64,000 nt of DNA from Malacoraja senta. Its lineage: Eukaryota. The translations under genes and the position numbers were made by a program. Positions 52,277 through 64,000 of the stretch are shown here, one piece after another; within the stretch, counting starts at the first letter, position 1, and every line of letters starts with the position of its first letter. The notes under the pieces were generated by a model. It was given only the letters and a program-made list of their open reading frames with translations. It did no database searches and had not been told where the DNA came from. The stretch lies in assembly GCA_038087875.1 (NCBI GenBank), contig CM075991.1:10480001-10544000 (forward strand), in the 5' to 3' direction.

Positions 52277-53029
52277 AGATACATAGAAACATAGAAAATA
52301 GGTGCAGGAGTAGGCCATTCGGCCCTTCGAGCCTGCACCGCCATTCAATATGATCATGGCTGATCATCCAACTCAGTATCCCGTACCTGCCTTCTCTCCA
52401 TACCCCCTGATCCCTTTAGCCACAAGGGCCACATCTAACTCCCTCTTAAATATAGCCAATGAACTGGCCTCAACTACCCTCTGTGGCAGAGAGTTCTAGA
52501 GATTCACCACTCTCTGTGTGAAAAAGTTTTTCCTCATCTCGGTCTTAAAGGATTTCCCCCTTATCCTTAAGCTGTGACCCCTTGTCCTGGACTTCCCCAA
52601 CATCGGGAACAATCTTCCTGCATCTAGCCTGTCCAACCCCATAAGAATTTTGTACGTTTCTATAAGATCCCCTCTCAATCTCCTAAATTCCAGCGAGTAT
52701 AAGCCAAGTCTATCCAGTCTTTCTTCATATGAAAGTCCTGACATCCCAGGAATCAGTCTGGTGAACCTTCTCTGCACTCCCTCTATGGCTATAATGTCCT
52801 TCCTCAGATTTGGAGACCAAAACTGTACGCAATACTCCAGGTGTGGTCTCACCAAGACCCTGTACAACTGCAGTAGGACCTCCCTGCTCCTATACTCAAA
52901 TCCTTTTGCTATGAAAGCCAACATACCATTCGCTTTCTTCACTGCCTGCTGCACCTGCATGCCTACTTTCAATGACTGGTGTACCATGACACCCAGGTCT
53001 CGCTGCACCTCCCCATTTCCTAATCGGCC
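52277..53029 (-). mobile_element. Young CR1 LINE 3' portion (ORF2 C-terminus, ~750 bp)
   Basis: ORF 52496-53158(-) QRDLGVMVHQSLKVGMQVQQAVKKANGMLAFI..VRPHLEYCVQFWSP..FFTQRVVNL; (tctatgt.)n tail. Confidence 0.95.
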
Positions 53030-53054
53030 ATTTCCTAATTGCTCATCTTTCCAT

Positions 53055-53885
53055 TCAGAGTAGGGGATTGAGTGTAGAAGTTGGGAGGTCACGTCGCAGT
53101 TGTGTAAGACGGTTGGTGATGCCGCATTTAGAGGATTGTGTTCAGTTCTGGGCACCATGTTATAGGAAAGATGCTGTCAAGCTGGAAAGGGTACAGATAA
53201 TAGACACAAAAAGCTGGAGTAAGTCAGCGGGACAGGCTGTGTCTGGAGAGAAGGAATGGGTGACATTTCGGTCGAGACCCTTCTTCAGACCCGAAATGTC
53301 ACCCATTCCTTCCCTCCAGAGATGCTGCCTGTCCCGCTGAGTTACTCCAGCTTTTTGTGTTTATCTTCGGTTTAAACCAACATCTGCAGTTCCTTCCTAC
53401 ACAAGGGTAGAGAGAAGATTGAAAAGAATGTTGCCAGGGCTAGAGGGTCTGAGCTACAGGGAGAGGTTGCGTAGGCTGGGTCTCTATTCCTTGGAGCGCA
53501 GGAGGATGAGGGGTGATCTTATTGAGGTGTATAAAATCGTGAGAGGAATAGATCGAGTAGGTACACAGAGCCTCTTGCCCAGGATAAGTGAGTCAAGGAC
53601 CAGAGAACATTGGTTTATGGTGAAAGGGAAAAGATTTAAAATGAATCTGAGGGGTAACTTTTTCAAACAAAAGGCCACTGTAGGTGTATGGAATGAGCTG
53701 CATGAAGAGTTCGTTGAGGCAGGGACTATCCAACATTTAAGAAACAGACAGATACATGGATAGGACAGGTTTGGAGGGATATGGGCCAAAAGCGGGCAGG
53801 TGGGACTAGTGTAGCTGGGACATGTTGGCCTGGTGTGGGCAAGTTGGCTGAAGGGCCTGTTTCACACTGTATCACTCTATGACTA
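53055..53885 (+). mobile_element. CR1 LINE 3' portion interrupted by a Penelope-like fold-back at ~53200-53402
   Basis: PHLEDCVQFWAPCYRKDAVKLERVQ | KRMLPGLEGLSYRERLRRLGLYSLERRRMRGDLIEVYKI. Confidence 0.92.
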
Positions 53886-54547
53886 AAATATTATAATGAC
53901 GTTCATTTTTTCTCATATGGAAACATTAACATATATTTTCATAGTTATAAATTATGTAGTCAAATTACCTTGATTTTACATTGACCTATTTATGTGTAGG
54001 ATTAAATGCAGACACAATTATGTGCATCTCGTCCCCTCATAGAATTTTTATATTTTGTAGCAATTTGCTGCAGAGATATAGATGTCAATTTTTTTTCATT
54101 TATAGTTTACAGGAAATAATAACCCTTTGATATGATTTCTTTCCATCTTTACAATCTTTGACGTGAAACAGAGAAACGTAAAAAAAAAATATATATGGCT
54201 GGTGAAGGAAAATCTTATTTTGTCTACACTTCTGCATTTTACCTTCATTGTGAAACCCAAAATGTTTAAATGGTTGCTGGCGTTAATTAGGCAGCAAATA
54301 GCTGCTCCTGTGTGAGTGAGAGAGTTGACCGTTGACCCTGTGTTAACCTACATATGACAAATAGAACTGAAAACTGAAATACAACAATCAAATTGAGGAA
54401 AATGACTGGACTTTGGAAATGGCGTCATAAACATGGTGGCGCTCGCTAAAATACGCTAAATATGCTAAAATAACTTCACTGGGCAGTTGCACAGCTGACA
54501 AATAAAGCGTCGTTGACCTGATTGTAAATAAATCTCAATGCTGAATA

Positions 54548-54822
54548 GTTTAGTTTAGTTTAAGAGATACAACGTGGATACACCGAGTCCGCGCTAACCA
54601 GCGATCCCCGCACACTCTCACTATCCTACACACACTAGGGACAGTTTACAATTTTTATACCAAACCAATTGACCTACAAACCTGTACGTCTTTGAGGAAA
54701 CGGAACACCCGGAGAACCTGGGGGGAACGTATAAACCCTGTGCAGGCAGCACCCGCAGTCGGGATCGAACCCGGGTCTCTGGCGCTGTAAGGCAGCAACT
54801 CTACCGCTGCGGCACCGTGACT
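54548..54822 (-). mobile_element. V-SINE (HE1-like)
   Basis: (gttta)n tail and gggatcgaacccgggtctctggcgctgtaaggcagcaactctaccgctg. Confidence 0.87.
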
Positions 54823-55519
54823 GCGACTACTGTGATCTGGGGAACGGTTCTGCAGTAGACCCCTCTCTCGGTGCTCGCAGCGATGGGCACTGAGAGAGAG
54901 TTGCAACCAGCTGATATGGAATGAGCGTGAAGGAACTGCAGATGCTGGTTTAAACCAAAGATAGACACAAAAAGCTGGGGTAACTCGGCGGGACAGGCAG
55001 CGTCTCTGGAGAGAAGGAACGGGCGACGTTTGGGTCGAGACCCTTCTCCAGAGTCTGCGCTGTGCTGTAAAGGCAGCAACTCTCCGCCACGCCACCGTGA
55101 CAAATGCTTTGCATTTTTGCTCTGGTTGAATGAGGACACTGCACCTCCTGTTTTCCGCGTTCCGGCAGGAACTTCAGGACGTTTCTGTGCTGGATAGCAA
55201 ACAAAACAAAAGTTTGGCACTATCTCGTTACACAGACAATAATAACCTGATACCCAATGTCAAAACCACCACACAGCCCGAGTGTGCACCCAGTTCCCCC
55301 ACGATACTGCCCCTCTATCCAGCCCCCCTCCACCTATATCCCTCCCTCTGGCTGTACATTCCACTCCTCTCTCTCCTGACCAGCCACCCTTTTGTCTTCT
55401 TATCATCTCCGGTTTTGTCCACCCATCCAAACCATGAGTCGCCTGTATCAACTTATTAGTAGTGAGCTTTGTCCCCCCCCCACCTCTCTTCAGCTTTCTT
55501 GCACCCCAATCCCCCAGTA

Positions 55520-55805
55520 CTGGTAGAGTTGCTGCCTTACAGCACCAGAGACCCGGGCTCCTCCCAACTGGGTGCCGTCTGTACGGACTTTGTTCGTTCT
55601 CCCGTGACCTGCGTGGGTTTTCTCCGAGATCTCCGGTTTCCTCCCACGCTCCAAAGACGTGCGGGTTTGTAGGGTTAATTGGCTTGATAGAAATGTAATT
55701 GTCCCTCGTGTGTGTTTCGGGTCGTGTTTAATGTGCGTGGATTCGCTGGACGGGGGCGAACTCGATGGGCCGAAGGGCCTGCTCCACGCAGCATCTCTAA
55801 ACTAA
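55520..55805 (+). mobile_element. V-SINE (HE1-like)
   Basis: ggtagagttgctgccttacagcaccagagacccggg..ggccgaagggcct..ctctaaactaaa. Confidence 0.83.
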
Positions 55806-57069
55806 AGATGCTGCCTGAGCCGCTGAGGTTGCTCCAGCCACTTTGTGCTTTCTAGTGCCAATCTCTGCTGACTGCACCTCACCCAGTAAGCCGAGATCCT
55901 CTCGGAGTTCGGGAGAGCAAAGGGCACCTCCTCCAGAGACGCCTGCTACTCGGCGACCTCACACCAGAGGTTGGCCACGGTTCTCTCTGTGGTAAGAGCT
56001 GTGGGCGAACCGATTCCCACCGCCTGCTTGTGGCGTCGACAGTATGAATGTTCCCGAGATGGAGTCAAAATGCTGGCCTAACTCAGCGGGACAGGGAGCA
56101 TCTCTGGAGAGAAGGAATGGGTGACGTTTTGGGTCCCGACCCTTCCTCAGACTGAGTTACACCAGCATTTTCGCAATGATAAATCATACTTTATTAGCCA
56201 AGTAGGTTTTGCAACATTCGAGGAGTTTGATGTCCCATACAGTCATACCATTAAAAGCAACAGAACACACAAAATACATTTTAACCTAAACATCCACCAC
56301 AGTGACTCCTCCACATTCCTCACTGTGATGGAAGGCGTAAAAAAAGTTCAATCTCTTCCCTTCTTTGTTCTCCCGCGGACGATCTTGGCTCCCGTAGCCG
56401 GCGGTCGGGCCCTCCGCGTCGGGGCCATCAAGCTCTCGCATCGGGGGGGGGGGCTGTCAGCTTTTGTGTCTTACCTTTGGTTTAAACCAGCATCTGTACT
56501 TCCATCCTACACATGACTGCTCCTACTCGGGTTCTCAGCTACCATGCATCATCGGCTGCAGATACTCACTCCAACAGAAACATCGTGTCATCGACACCCA
56601 CCTCTCTGCCCACACCTCCTCATTACTCCCTCTTTAAATTCGACAAAGCCTTTTCTGCGTGCTGGAGCTGAGCGCGAGTAGGTGGTTTTCGGTGTGTCAT
56701 GCGGTTGTGATGCCAGGGCAGTCGGAGACGTTGAGCACCAGCCAAAGTATCACTTTGTGCTTCTGTTCTCTTCCTCCGGAGAGATCACTGGGGAACGACA
56801 GTAAAATTGTCCCGTGGGCCCAAGTCTGTAATAAAGAAACATGAGGAACAGCTCCAGCAGCGGAGGGCTTCAGTCACTTGCTGCGACTGAGGACGCAGCC
56901 CCAGACCCTCACACAGACCCAACTCTCCTCCCATTGACTCCATTTATGCCTCGGCAAGGCCAGCAGCACAATCTAGGACGGGGCGCACCTTGGCCTCCCC
57001 TCTCCCATCGGGCAAAGATGCAGAAGTGTGGAAAGGACACCTCCAGATTCAGGGACAGTTTCTTCCCAG

Positions 57070-57270
57070 CGAAGGAAATAGGCAACGTTTTGGGCTGAAA
57101 CCCTTCTTCAGACTGAAGGAAATAGGCAACGTTTCGGGCCGAAACCCGGAAGGGTTTCGGGCCCGAAACGTTGCCTATTTCCTTCGCTCCATAGATGCTG
57201 CTGCACCCGCTGAGTTCCTCCAGCACTTTTGTCTACCTTCGATTATCCAGCATCTGCAGTTCCTTCTTAA
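57070..57270. mobile_element. Penelope-like family B terminal units, partly duplicated and inverted
   Basis: gaaggaaataggcaacgttt appears twice, then gggtttcgggcccgaaacgttgcctatttcc. Confidence 0.8.
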
Positions 57271-57456
57271 ACGCCTCATTGGAGACCCTTGGACAATCTT
57301 TGATCGGACTTCACTGGCTTTACCTTGCACTAAACGTTATTCCTTATCGTGTATCTGTACACTGTGGACGGCTCGATTGTAATCATGTATTGTCTTTCCG
57401 CTGACTGGTTAGCACGCCATAACAGCTTTTCACTGTACCTCGGTAGATGTGACAAG

Positions 57457-58070
57457 TTTAGTTTAGTTTTTGAGATACAGCACGGAAACAGGTCCTTCGG
57501 CCCACCGGGTCCGCAACGACCAGCGATCCCCGCTCATTAACACTATCCTACACCCACTAGGGACAATTTTTACATTTTTACCAAGCCAATTAACTAACAA
57601 ACCTGTACATCTTTGGAATAGACAATAAACAATAGACAATAGGTGCAGGGGTAGGCCATTAGGCCCTTCTAGCCAGCACCGCCATTCAATGTGATCATGG
57701 CTGATCATCCCCAATCAGTACCCCGTTCCTGCCTTCTCCCATATCCCCTGACTCCGCTATTTTTAAGAGCCCTATCTAGCTCTCTCTTGAAAGCATCCAA
57801 GAACCTGCCTCCACCGCCCTCTGAGGCAGAGAATTTCACAGACTCACCACTCTCTTTGAGAAAAAGTGTTTCCTCGTCTCTGTTCTAAATGGCTTACTCC
57901 TTATTCTTAAAGAGAATGTGGGAGGAAATCGAAGATCTCGGAGAAACCCACGCAGGTCACGGGGGAGAACGTACAAACTCGGTACAGACGGCACCCGTAA
58001 TTGGGATCGAACCCGGGTCTCCGGCGCTGCGTTCGCTGTAAGGCAGCAACTCTACCGCTGCGCCGCCGTG
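57457..58070 (-). mobile_element. V-SINE split by a CR1 3' fragment (57618-57910)
   Basis: Host tctttggaa|..|gaatgtgggagg; insert has an (aatagac)n tail. Confidence 0.87.
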
Positions 58071-58507
58071 TCTGCCTAAATAAACGAAACTGAAACTGAA
58101 AGTGACCAGGCGTCGTAGCGTTGTGCCTTGTTGTGCGATGAAGGATCTTGGCTCAAATGCCATTGCGGATGAAATGGGTTCCTCAGCCCTGCGCACACTC
58201 AGGGAGATGGAGACTTGTTCCAAAGTTACTTTGTTACAAGGGATGAAAACAGGCTTTTAATGCATAAATAATTAAATAAAATTAGCTGGTGATCACAGGA
58301 TAAGTGGACATAGTGCTCGGGTCATGGCTATGCTGAAATGTTGACGTAAGTGTATGATTTATTCGTGCTGTCTCCTGTTGTGCTACTGGGTGAAAAAGAC
58401 ACGGGATGCAGTTAAATGCAGGTCTGTGACTAATTGGAATCTGTGGTGTACTGGAAGGAGGGGTAAAATGCAAAACATTGCCACTGAGATATAGTTGTTA
58501 AAGGAAG

Positions 58508-58985
58508 ATGGGTGCAAAATAGCTGGAGTAACTCAGCGGGAAATAGACAACAGACAATAGGTGCAGGAGTAGGCCATTCAGCCCTTCGAGCCAGCACCGC
58601 CATTCAATGTGATCATGGGTCAGGCAGCATCTCTGGAGCGAAGGAAAGGGTGACGTTTCGGGTCTGAGACCCTTCTTCAGACTAGCCAGGGAAAGGGAAA
58701 CGAGAGATATGCACGATGATGTAGAGAGATAAAGAACAATGAATGAAAGATATGCAAAGAAGTAAGGATGATAAAGTAAACAGGCCATTGTTAGCTGTTT
58801 GTTGGGTGAAAACAAGAAGCTGGTGCGACTTGGGTGGGGGAGGGATAGAGAGAGAGGGAATGCCGGGGTCACTTGAAGTTGGAGAAATCAATATTCATTT
58901 CACTGGGCTGTAAGCTGCCCAAGCGAAATATGAGACGCTGTTCCTCCCAATTTGCGTTTAGCATCACTCTGACAATGGAGGAGAC
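58508..58985 (-). mobile_element. 5'-truncated Penelope-like element: GIY-YIG C-terminus, 3' UTR, hammerhead-like terminal unit; short CR1 tail inserted at ~58541-58618
   Basis: Minus strand of 58870-58985 reads LHCQSDAKRKL/EEQRLIFRLGSLQPSEMNIDFSNFK*; terminal unit at 58508-58684. Confidence 0.87.
58652..58680 (-). ncRNA. Minimal type-I hammerhead ribozyme-like motif in a Penelope-like terminus (representative copy)
   Basis: Minus strand CUGAAGA-A-GGGUC(UCA)GACCC-GAAAC-GUC: conserved core and stem II present; stems I and III are minimal; activity untested. Confidence 0.55.
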
Positions 58986-59449
58986 CTTCTGTGAAATCTC
59001 CTATAATAGTTAAATGTTTCTTTTAGATCGAGATGACCTTCACACATCAAGTATTTTTATTCTGTAACTATTGGCATTTGAAACAATGGGGATCTATCTG
59101 CAACTGAGATAACAGAAAGTGCCATAGCAACATCAATGTTACTTGTGGACAGCACAGAGGTGCCAGTGATCCGGGTTTCAATCCTGACTTTTGCTGCTGT
59201 CTGCGTGGAGTTTGCACGTCCACCTTGTGAACACGTGGGTCTCCCCAGGTGCTCTGGGTTCCTCCCCACATCCCAAAGACGTGCGGGTAGGCGGGTTACC
59301 TGGAGACACTAGGAACTGCAGATGCCGGAATGTCAGCAAAACGCAAAAGTACCGGAGTAACTCAGCGGGTCAAGCAGCATCTGTGGCGGGAATGGACAGT
59401 CGATGTTTCAGGTCAGGACCTGCCTGTCTGTTTAGTTTAGAGATAGAGT

Positions 59450-60290
59450 CATAGAATCATTGAATGAATTAGTGTGGAAACAGTCCCTTCAGCCCAACTT
59501 GCCCACACTGGCCAACATGTCCCAGCTACACTAGTCCCACCTGCCAGTATTTGGGCTTTATCCCTCCAAACCTGTCCTAGCCTCGTACCTGTCTCACTGT
59601 TTCTTAAATGTTGGGATAGTCCCTGCCTCAGCTACCTCCTCTGGCAGCTTGTTCCATACACCCACTGCCCTTTGTGTGAAAAAGTTACCCCTCAGATTCC
59701 TATTAAATCTTTTCCCCATCACCTTAAACCTATGTCCTCTGGTCCTCGATTCACCTACTCTGGGCAAGAGACTCTGTGCGTCTACCCGATCTATTCCATT
59801 TCATAATTTTATACATGCAGCATTGAAACAGGCCCTTCGGTCCATCGAATTCACACCAACCGTTCACACTTGTTATAAGGTCTTAAGTGATAGGAGTAGA
59901 ATTAGGCCATTTGGCCCATCATGGCTGATCTATCTCTCCCCCCTAACCCTGATTCTCCTGCCTTCTCCCCATAACCTCTGACACCCGTACACACCAAGAA
60001 TCTATCTATCTGTGCCTTAAAAATATCAGGTACACAAAAATGCTGGAGAAACTCAGCGGGTGCAGCAGCATCTATGGAGCGAAGGAAATAGGCAACGTTT
60101 CAGGCCGAAACCCTTCTTCAGACCTTAAAACCCTTCTTCAGAACCACTGACGGCCTCCACAGCCTTCTGTGGCAAATAATTCCACAGATTCACCGCCCTC
60201 TGACTAAAGAAATTTCTCCTCATCTCCTTCCCAAAAGAACGTCCTTTAATTCTGAGGCTGTGACCTCTAGTCCTAGACTCTCCCACTTAC
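59450..60290 (-). mobile_element. CR1 3' fragments (59450-59815; 59875-60290), the second split by a Penelope-B tail at ~60028-60143
   Basis: Antisense ORF FHTPTALCVKKLPLRFLLNLFPITLNLCPLVLDSPTLGKRL is the reverse of CR1 ORF2. Confidence 0.85.
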
Positions 60291-60626
60291 AGTATTCCTT
60301 ATTCCAAGGATCTGATCCACAGAAGGGAACAGCAAACACAGCCTCACTTCTGACCGCATAGACAACTGGAGTTAGGAAACTCCTGTCAAGTCTGATGAAT
60401 GACAGAAGCGATGAGGGTGGGCACACGCCTCCCGTTGATGGAATTCTTGCAATGTAATCCTTGGAGATAGACACAAAGTGCTGGAGTATCTCAGCGGGTC
60501 AAGCAGCATCGCTGAAGAAGATGGACAGGTGACGTTTCGGGTCCAGGTGACGTTTCGGGTCGGGACCCTTCCAGTTTGAAGTAGTGATGCTGCCTGACCC
60601 GCTGAGTTACACCAGCATTTTGTATC

Positions 60627-60725
60627 TTTAGTTTAATTTAGTGATAAAGTGCGAAACAGCCCCTTTGGCCCACCGAGTCCGTGCCGACCAGCGATCCCTG
60701 CACACTAACACTATCCCACACGCAC

Positions 60726-60762
<37 letters not shown>

Positions 60763-60965
60763 GGACAATTTACAATTATACCAAAGCCAATTAACCTGCA
60801 TACCTGTACGTCTTTGGAATGTGGGAGGAAACCGGAGCTCCCGGAGAAAGCCCACGCAGTCTCGGGGAGAACGTACAAACTCCGTATAGACAGCACTCGT
60901 AGTCAGGATCGAACCCGGGTCTCTGGATCTGTGAAGTCACAACTCTACCAGATGTGCTACTGTGC
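60627..60965 (-). mobile_element. V-SINE with internal (CA)n expansion
   Basis: Tail, V-core and B box present; (CA)n at ~60717-60759. Confidence 0.87.
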
Positions 60966-61236
60966 TGTCTATCTAAAAGTCTCTTAAATGCCACTGTTGT
61001 ATCTGCTTCCACCACCTCCCCTGATTATCTAATTAGTTTTACAAAGTTCCTTTTCACCTTTAATACTTTTTGCAGTTGCATTTGCTTCATAGGACATCAG
61101 TTATCATTAGTCTAACATTGTGATTGTAATCCCAATAAATGCCATTATTCCCCTCAGCCTGTTAGTTGTGGCTCAGATACAGCCCTGTCATCCCGACTGA
61201 AAGATACCAAAGGAATATTGACCCATTTCATACGTC

Positions 61237-61702
61237 CATAAGTGATAAGAGCCGAATTAGGCCATTCAACCCATCAAGTCTAGTCTATTCCACCATTCAA
61301 TCATGGCTGATCCATCTTTGCATCTTAACCCCATTCTCCTGCCTTCTCCCCATAACCCCTGACACTCTTACTAATCAAGAATCTGTCCAATCTCTGCCTT
61401 AAAAATATCCATTGACTTGGCCTCCACAGCCTTACGTGGCAATGAATTCCACAGATTCATTCCCCTGTGACTAAAGAAATTCCTCCTCGTCTTCCTAAAG
61501 GAACGTCCTTTAATTCTGAGACTGTGACCACTGGTCAGAGACTCTCCCACTTGTAGAAACATCCTCTCCGCATCCACTCATTGAAACGTTGGTGAGTTCC
61601 AATGAGGGCTCCCATCCTTCTGAACTCCAGCGAGCAGAGGCCCAGTGCCGACAAACGCTCATCATATGTTAAGCCACTCATTCCTGCGATCATTCTCGTA
61701 AA
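61237..61702 (-). mobile_element. CR1 LINE 3' fragment
   Basis: ORFs 61371-61577(-) and 61535-61768(-) FTRMIAGMSGLTYDERLSALGLCSLEFRRM. Confidence 0.88.
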
Positions 61703-61905
61703 TGTTGGTCGTGCTTTCTTTGGATGAGATATTAAACTGCTCACAACCCAACAGTATGAACATTGCAATTCTCCAATTTTTCAGTAACCTCTAGTTTTCC
61801 ACACATTGGTATGATACATGGTTTCTCACATGGTCCGAATACATTTTTGTATTCAGTTCAGTACAAGTATCACTGTACATAAGCACTTAGATACATCTTA
61901 GATAA

Positions 61906-62235
61906 TAGCCCTGTCCCACGGTACGAGTTCATTCCAAGAGCTCTCCCGAGTTTGCCCTGATTCGAACACGGAGATTTACGGTAACGGCCGCTCGTCGGTA
62001 CTCGGGGCTCTCGTGGACATTTTTCAACATGTTGAAAAATCCTCTCGAGTCTTCCCGTGCTTACCTGCCGTTAGCGAGTCTTCCTGAGTACCTGCCGTTA
62101 GCGTTACGAGCCGCTAAGAGACGTCCCCGAGCTCCGACGTACACACTACGTTCATTCTCCGTGCTTACCACGAGTTTGATTTTTTTTTAGCTCGGGAGAG
62201 CTCTTGGAAAGAACTCGCACCGTGGGACAGGGCTT
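61906..62235. mobile_element. PIF/Harbinger-like MITE family E (330 bp)
   Basis: TIRs agccctgtcccacggt / accgtgggacagggct; TAA duplication (61903-61905, 62236-62238). Confidence 0.92.
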
Positions 62236-62610
62236 TAAGCATCTCAGATACAGTACAAGTAGCACACTGAGACAGTATACAGAGTCGCCATGTTGCCGCC
62301 ATTCTCAAGTCCCGGTTGGTGTAAGATGTGCCTCATCTAAGTGGTTCTTCTTCTTTTCGTGTCCATCTCGTTACAAATGTTGGCCGCGCTGCCATCGTCC
62401 GTCCTGAAAAGGACGCAAGCTTCCGGCGACAATCAGTGGGAGCCATCACTTGTCACAATAGATGATGGTGGTAGCAGAATTAGCTCAGGATACTTCCAGC
62501 TTCCAGCCCCGCGACGTGGACGCTTCTGCTATGGGGGCCATCTAAGTGGTTTAAACTCTATAACAGTGAGACAATGAAAATAAGCACAAAAAGGAATGTT
62601 TGGCCTCTGA

Positions 62611-62809
62611 TTCACAACCTAATTCATGACCTTTTTTTACTCGTGGACATTTTTCATCGTGCTAGAAAAACGCCCCGACCTACTTGACGCCACGAGTACC
62701 TACGACTAGCTTCACGGCCTGCTACGACCTACCTACGACCTCGTTACGACCATGCTGCGAGTATGAGAAGGGCAAACTCGGCAGAGGTCGTGAAAGTGGG
62801 ACAGGCCCT
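62611..62809 (-). mobile_element. MITE family A, reverse orientation, one TIR lost
   Basis: Reverse complement of 39879-40105 body; ends gtcgtgaaagtgggacaggccct. Confidence 0.85.
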
Positions 62810-63247
62810 TGATGCAGCAGTTGACTGTACAAATAGAATAAGTTGAAACACCTGCATATTTCATCCGCACTGGTTTATATTGCTGAGCATTTTTCCTGAG
62901 GGTGTAAGCCCCAATTACCTGGAGATCTACCGGTTGTACAGACTGACATAAATTACCTGCTTATCATGTCTACCTGCAATGGCCACTGAAGTTTTACAGA
63001 AGTATTTTGAGGAGTGATTAGCGAGTGGAGAGATAACATGAATTGCAACAGCTCCCTCTCAGAGCAGAATGGATAATATGACAAAAATGCTACACACCTT
63101 TCAATCCTGAAACTGCGGCTTTGCGATGAAGTGTTTTACAGGGACCCACATATTTTTCTTTGAAAATGGCTGTTCATCGCCTTGCGTGACGGACGTATCC
63201 CAATACACCAAACAATTAGCATGTGCCGGTGAAGGCTGCATTACGAG

Positions 63248-63788
63248 TTTTGGTCTCCTAATTTGAGGAGGGACATTCTTGCTATTGAGGGAGTGCGGCG
63301 TTGGTTCACCAGGTTAATTCCCAGGGTGAAGGAATGGATCGACTGGGCTTATATTCACTTGAATTTAGAAGGATGAGAGGGGATCTTTTAGAAACATATA
63401 AAACCCTTAAGGCTAGATGCAGGATAAATGGTCCCCATGTTCGGGAAGTCCAGGACCAGAGGTCGCACAGTTTAAGAATAAGGGGTAGGCCATTTAGGAC
63501 TGAGATGAGGAATAACATTTTCAGCCAGAGAGTTGTGAATCTGTGGAATTCTCTGCCACAGAAGGCAGTGGAGGCCAGTTCACTGGATGTATTCAAGAGA
63601 GTTAGATATAGCTCTTAGGGCTAACGGAATGAAGGGATTTGGGGGGGAAAGCAGGAACGGGGTACTGATTCTTGCTGATCAGCCGTGATCATATTTAAGA
63701 AAGAACTGCAGATGATCTCATTGAATGGCGGTGCTGGCTCGAAGGGCTGAATGGCCTACACCTGCACCTATTGTCTATGATTCTATGA
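63248..63788 (+). mobile_element. CR1 LINE 3' fragment
   Basis: ORF 63301-63618 DRLGLYSLEFRRMRGDLLETYK..FSQRVVNLWNSLPQKAVEASSL; tail ctatgattctatga. Confidence 0.9.
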
Positions 63789-64000
63789 GCACTCACTGGG
63801 AGAGGTTATTGTCTGGAAAGAGTTAATGTTTTACAGACTGAGCAGGAGCCTCACAGCCAACTCTGCACTTGCCGCTCAGGGAGGCAGTCGGCAACTAAAA
63901 CCAAGCGGCATTCAGCAAATCTAGATACAAGGAACCGCAGAGGCTGGTGTACAATTTTTTTAAAAGACACAAAGTGCTGGAGTAACTCAGCGGGCCAGGC

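Noticed and set aside
52496..53158. 220-aa ORF as a host gene
   Set aside because: C-terminal fragment of CR1 ORF2 with an in-frame stop; 5'-truncated
53200..53402. Classifying the fold-back units as DNA-transposon MITEs
   Set aside because: Arms are asymmetric with variable centres, and the same sequence lies directly 3' of GIY-YIG remnants, indicating Penelope-like origin

Overview
This is eukaryotic, repeat-dominated vertebrate DNA. The transposon complement (tRNA-derived V-SINE of the HE1 type, CR1/HER1-like LINEs, Penelope-like elements, Rex1/Babar-like fragments) points to a cartilaginous fish, probably a skate or ray (inference). No intact protein-coding gene is visible. Every ORF in the track is microsatellite translation, a decayed retroelement fragment or chance. 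There is a 200-N assembly gap at 25366-25565. The only gene-like signal is a TE-free island at about 27.85-30.18 kb with a plausible + strand non-coding first exon (YY1 motif, uORFs, splice donor), a 57-nt exon, and a candidate downstream exon at 52074-52194. This looks like the 5' UTR region of a large gene whose identity I cannot establish. The most notable observations are: (1) a 5'-truncated L1-clade element flanked by a ~658-bp direct duplication; (2) many Penelope-like terminal units carrying a hammerhead-ribozyme-like core (CUGAAGA..GAAAC-GUH), often as ~200-bp fold-back insertions; (3) at least five PIF/Harbinger-type MITE families sharing one TIR, two of which hit the same TAA in the SINE; (4) two minisatellites (7-bp and 28-bp units) visibly born from LINE sequence; (5) a local inverted duplication at 12.6-14.4 kb. 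I found no evidence for a wholly new protein-coding system. All family assignments are from recognition of motifs, not database searches.
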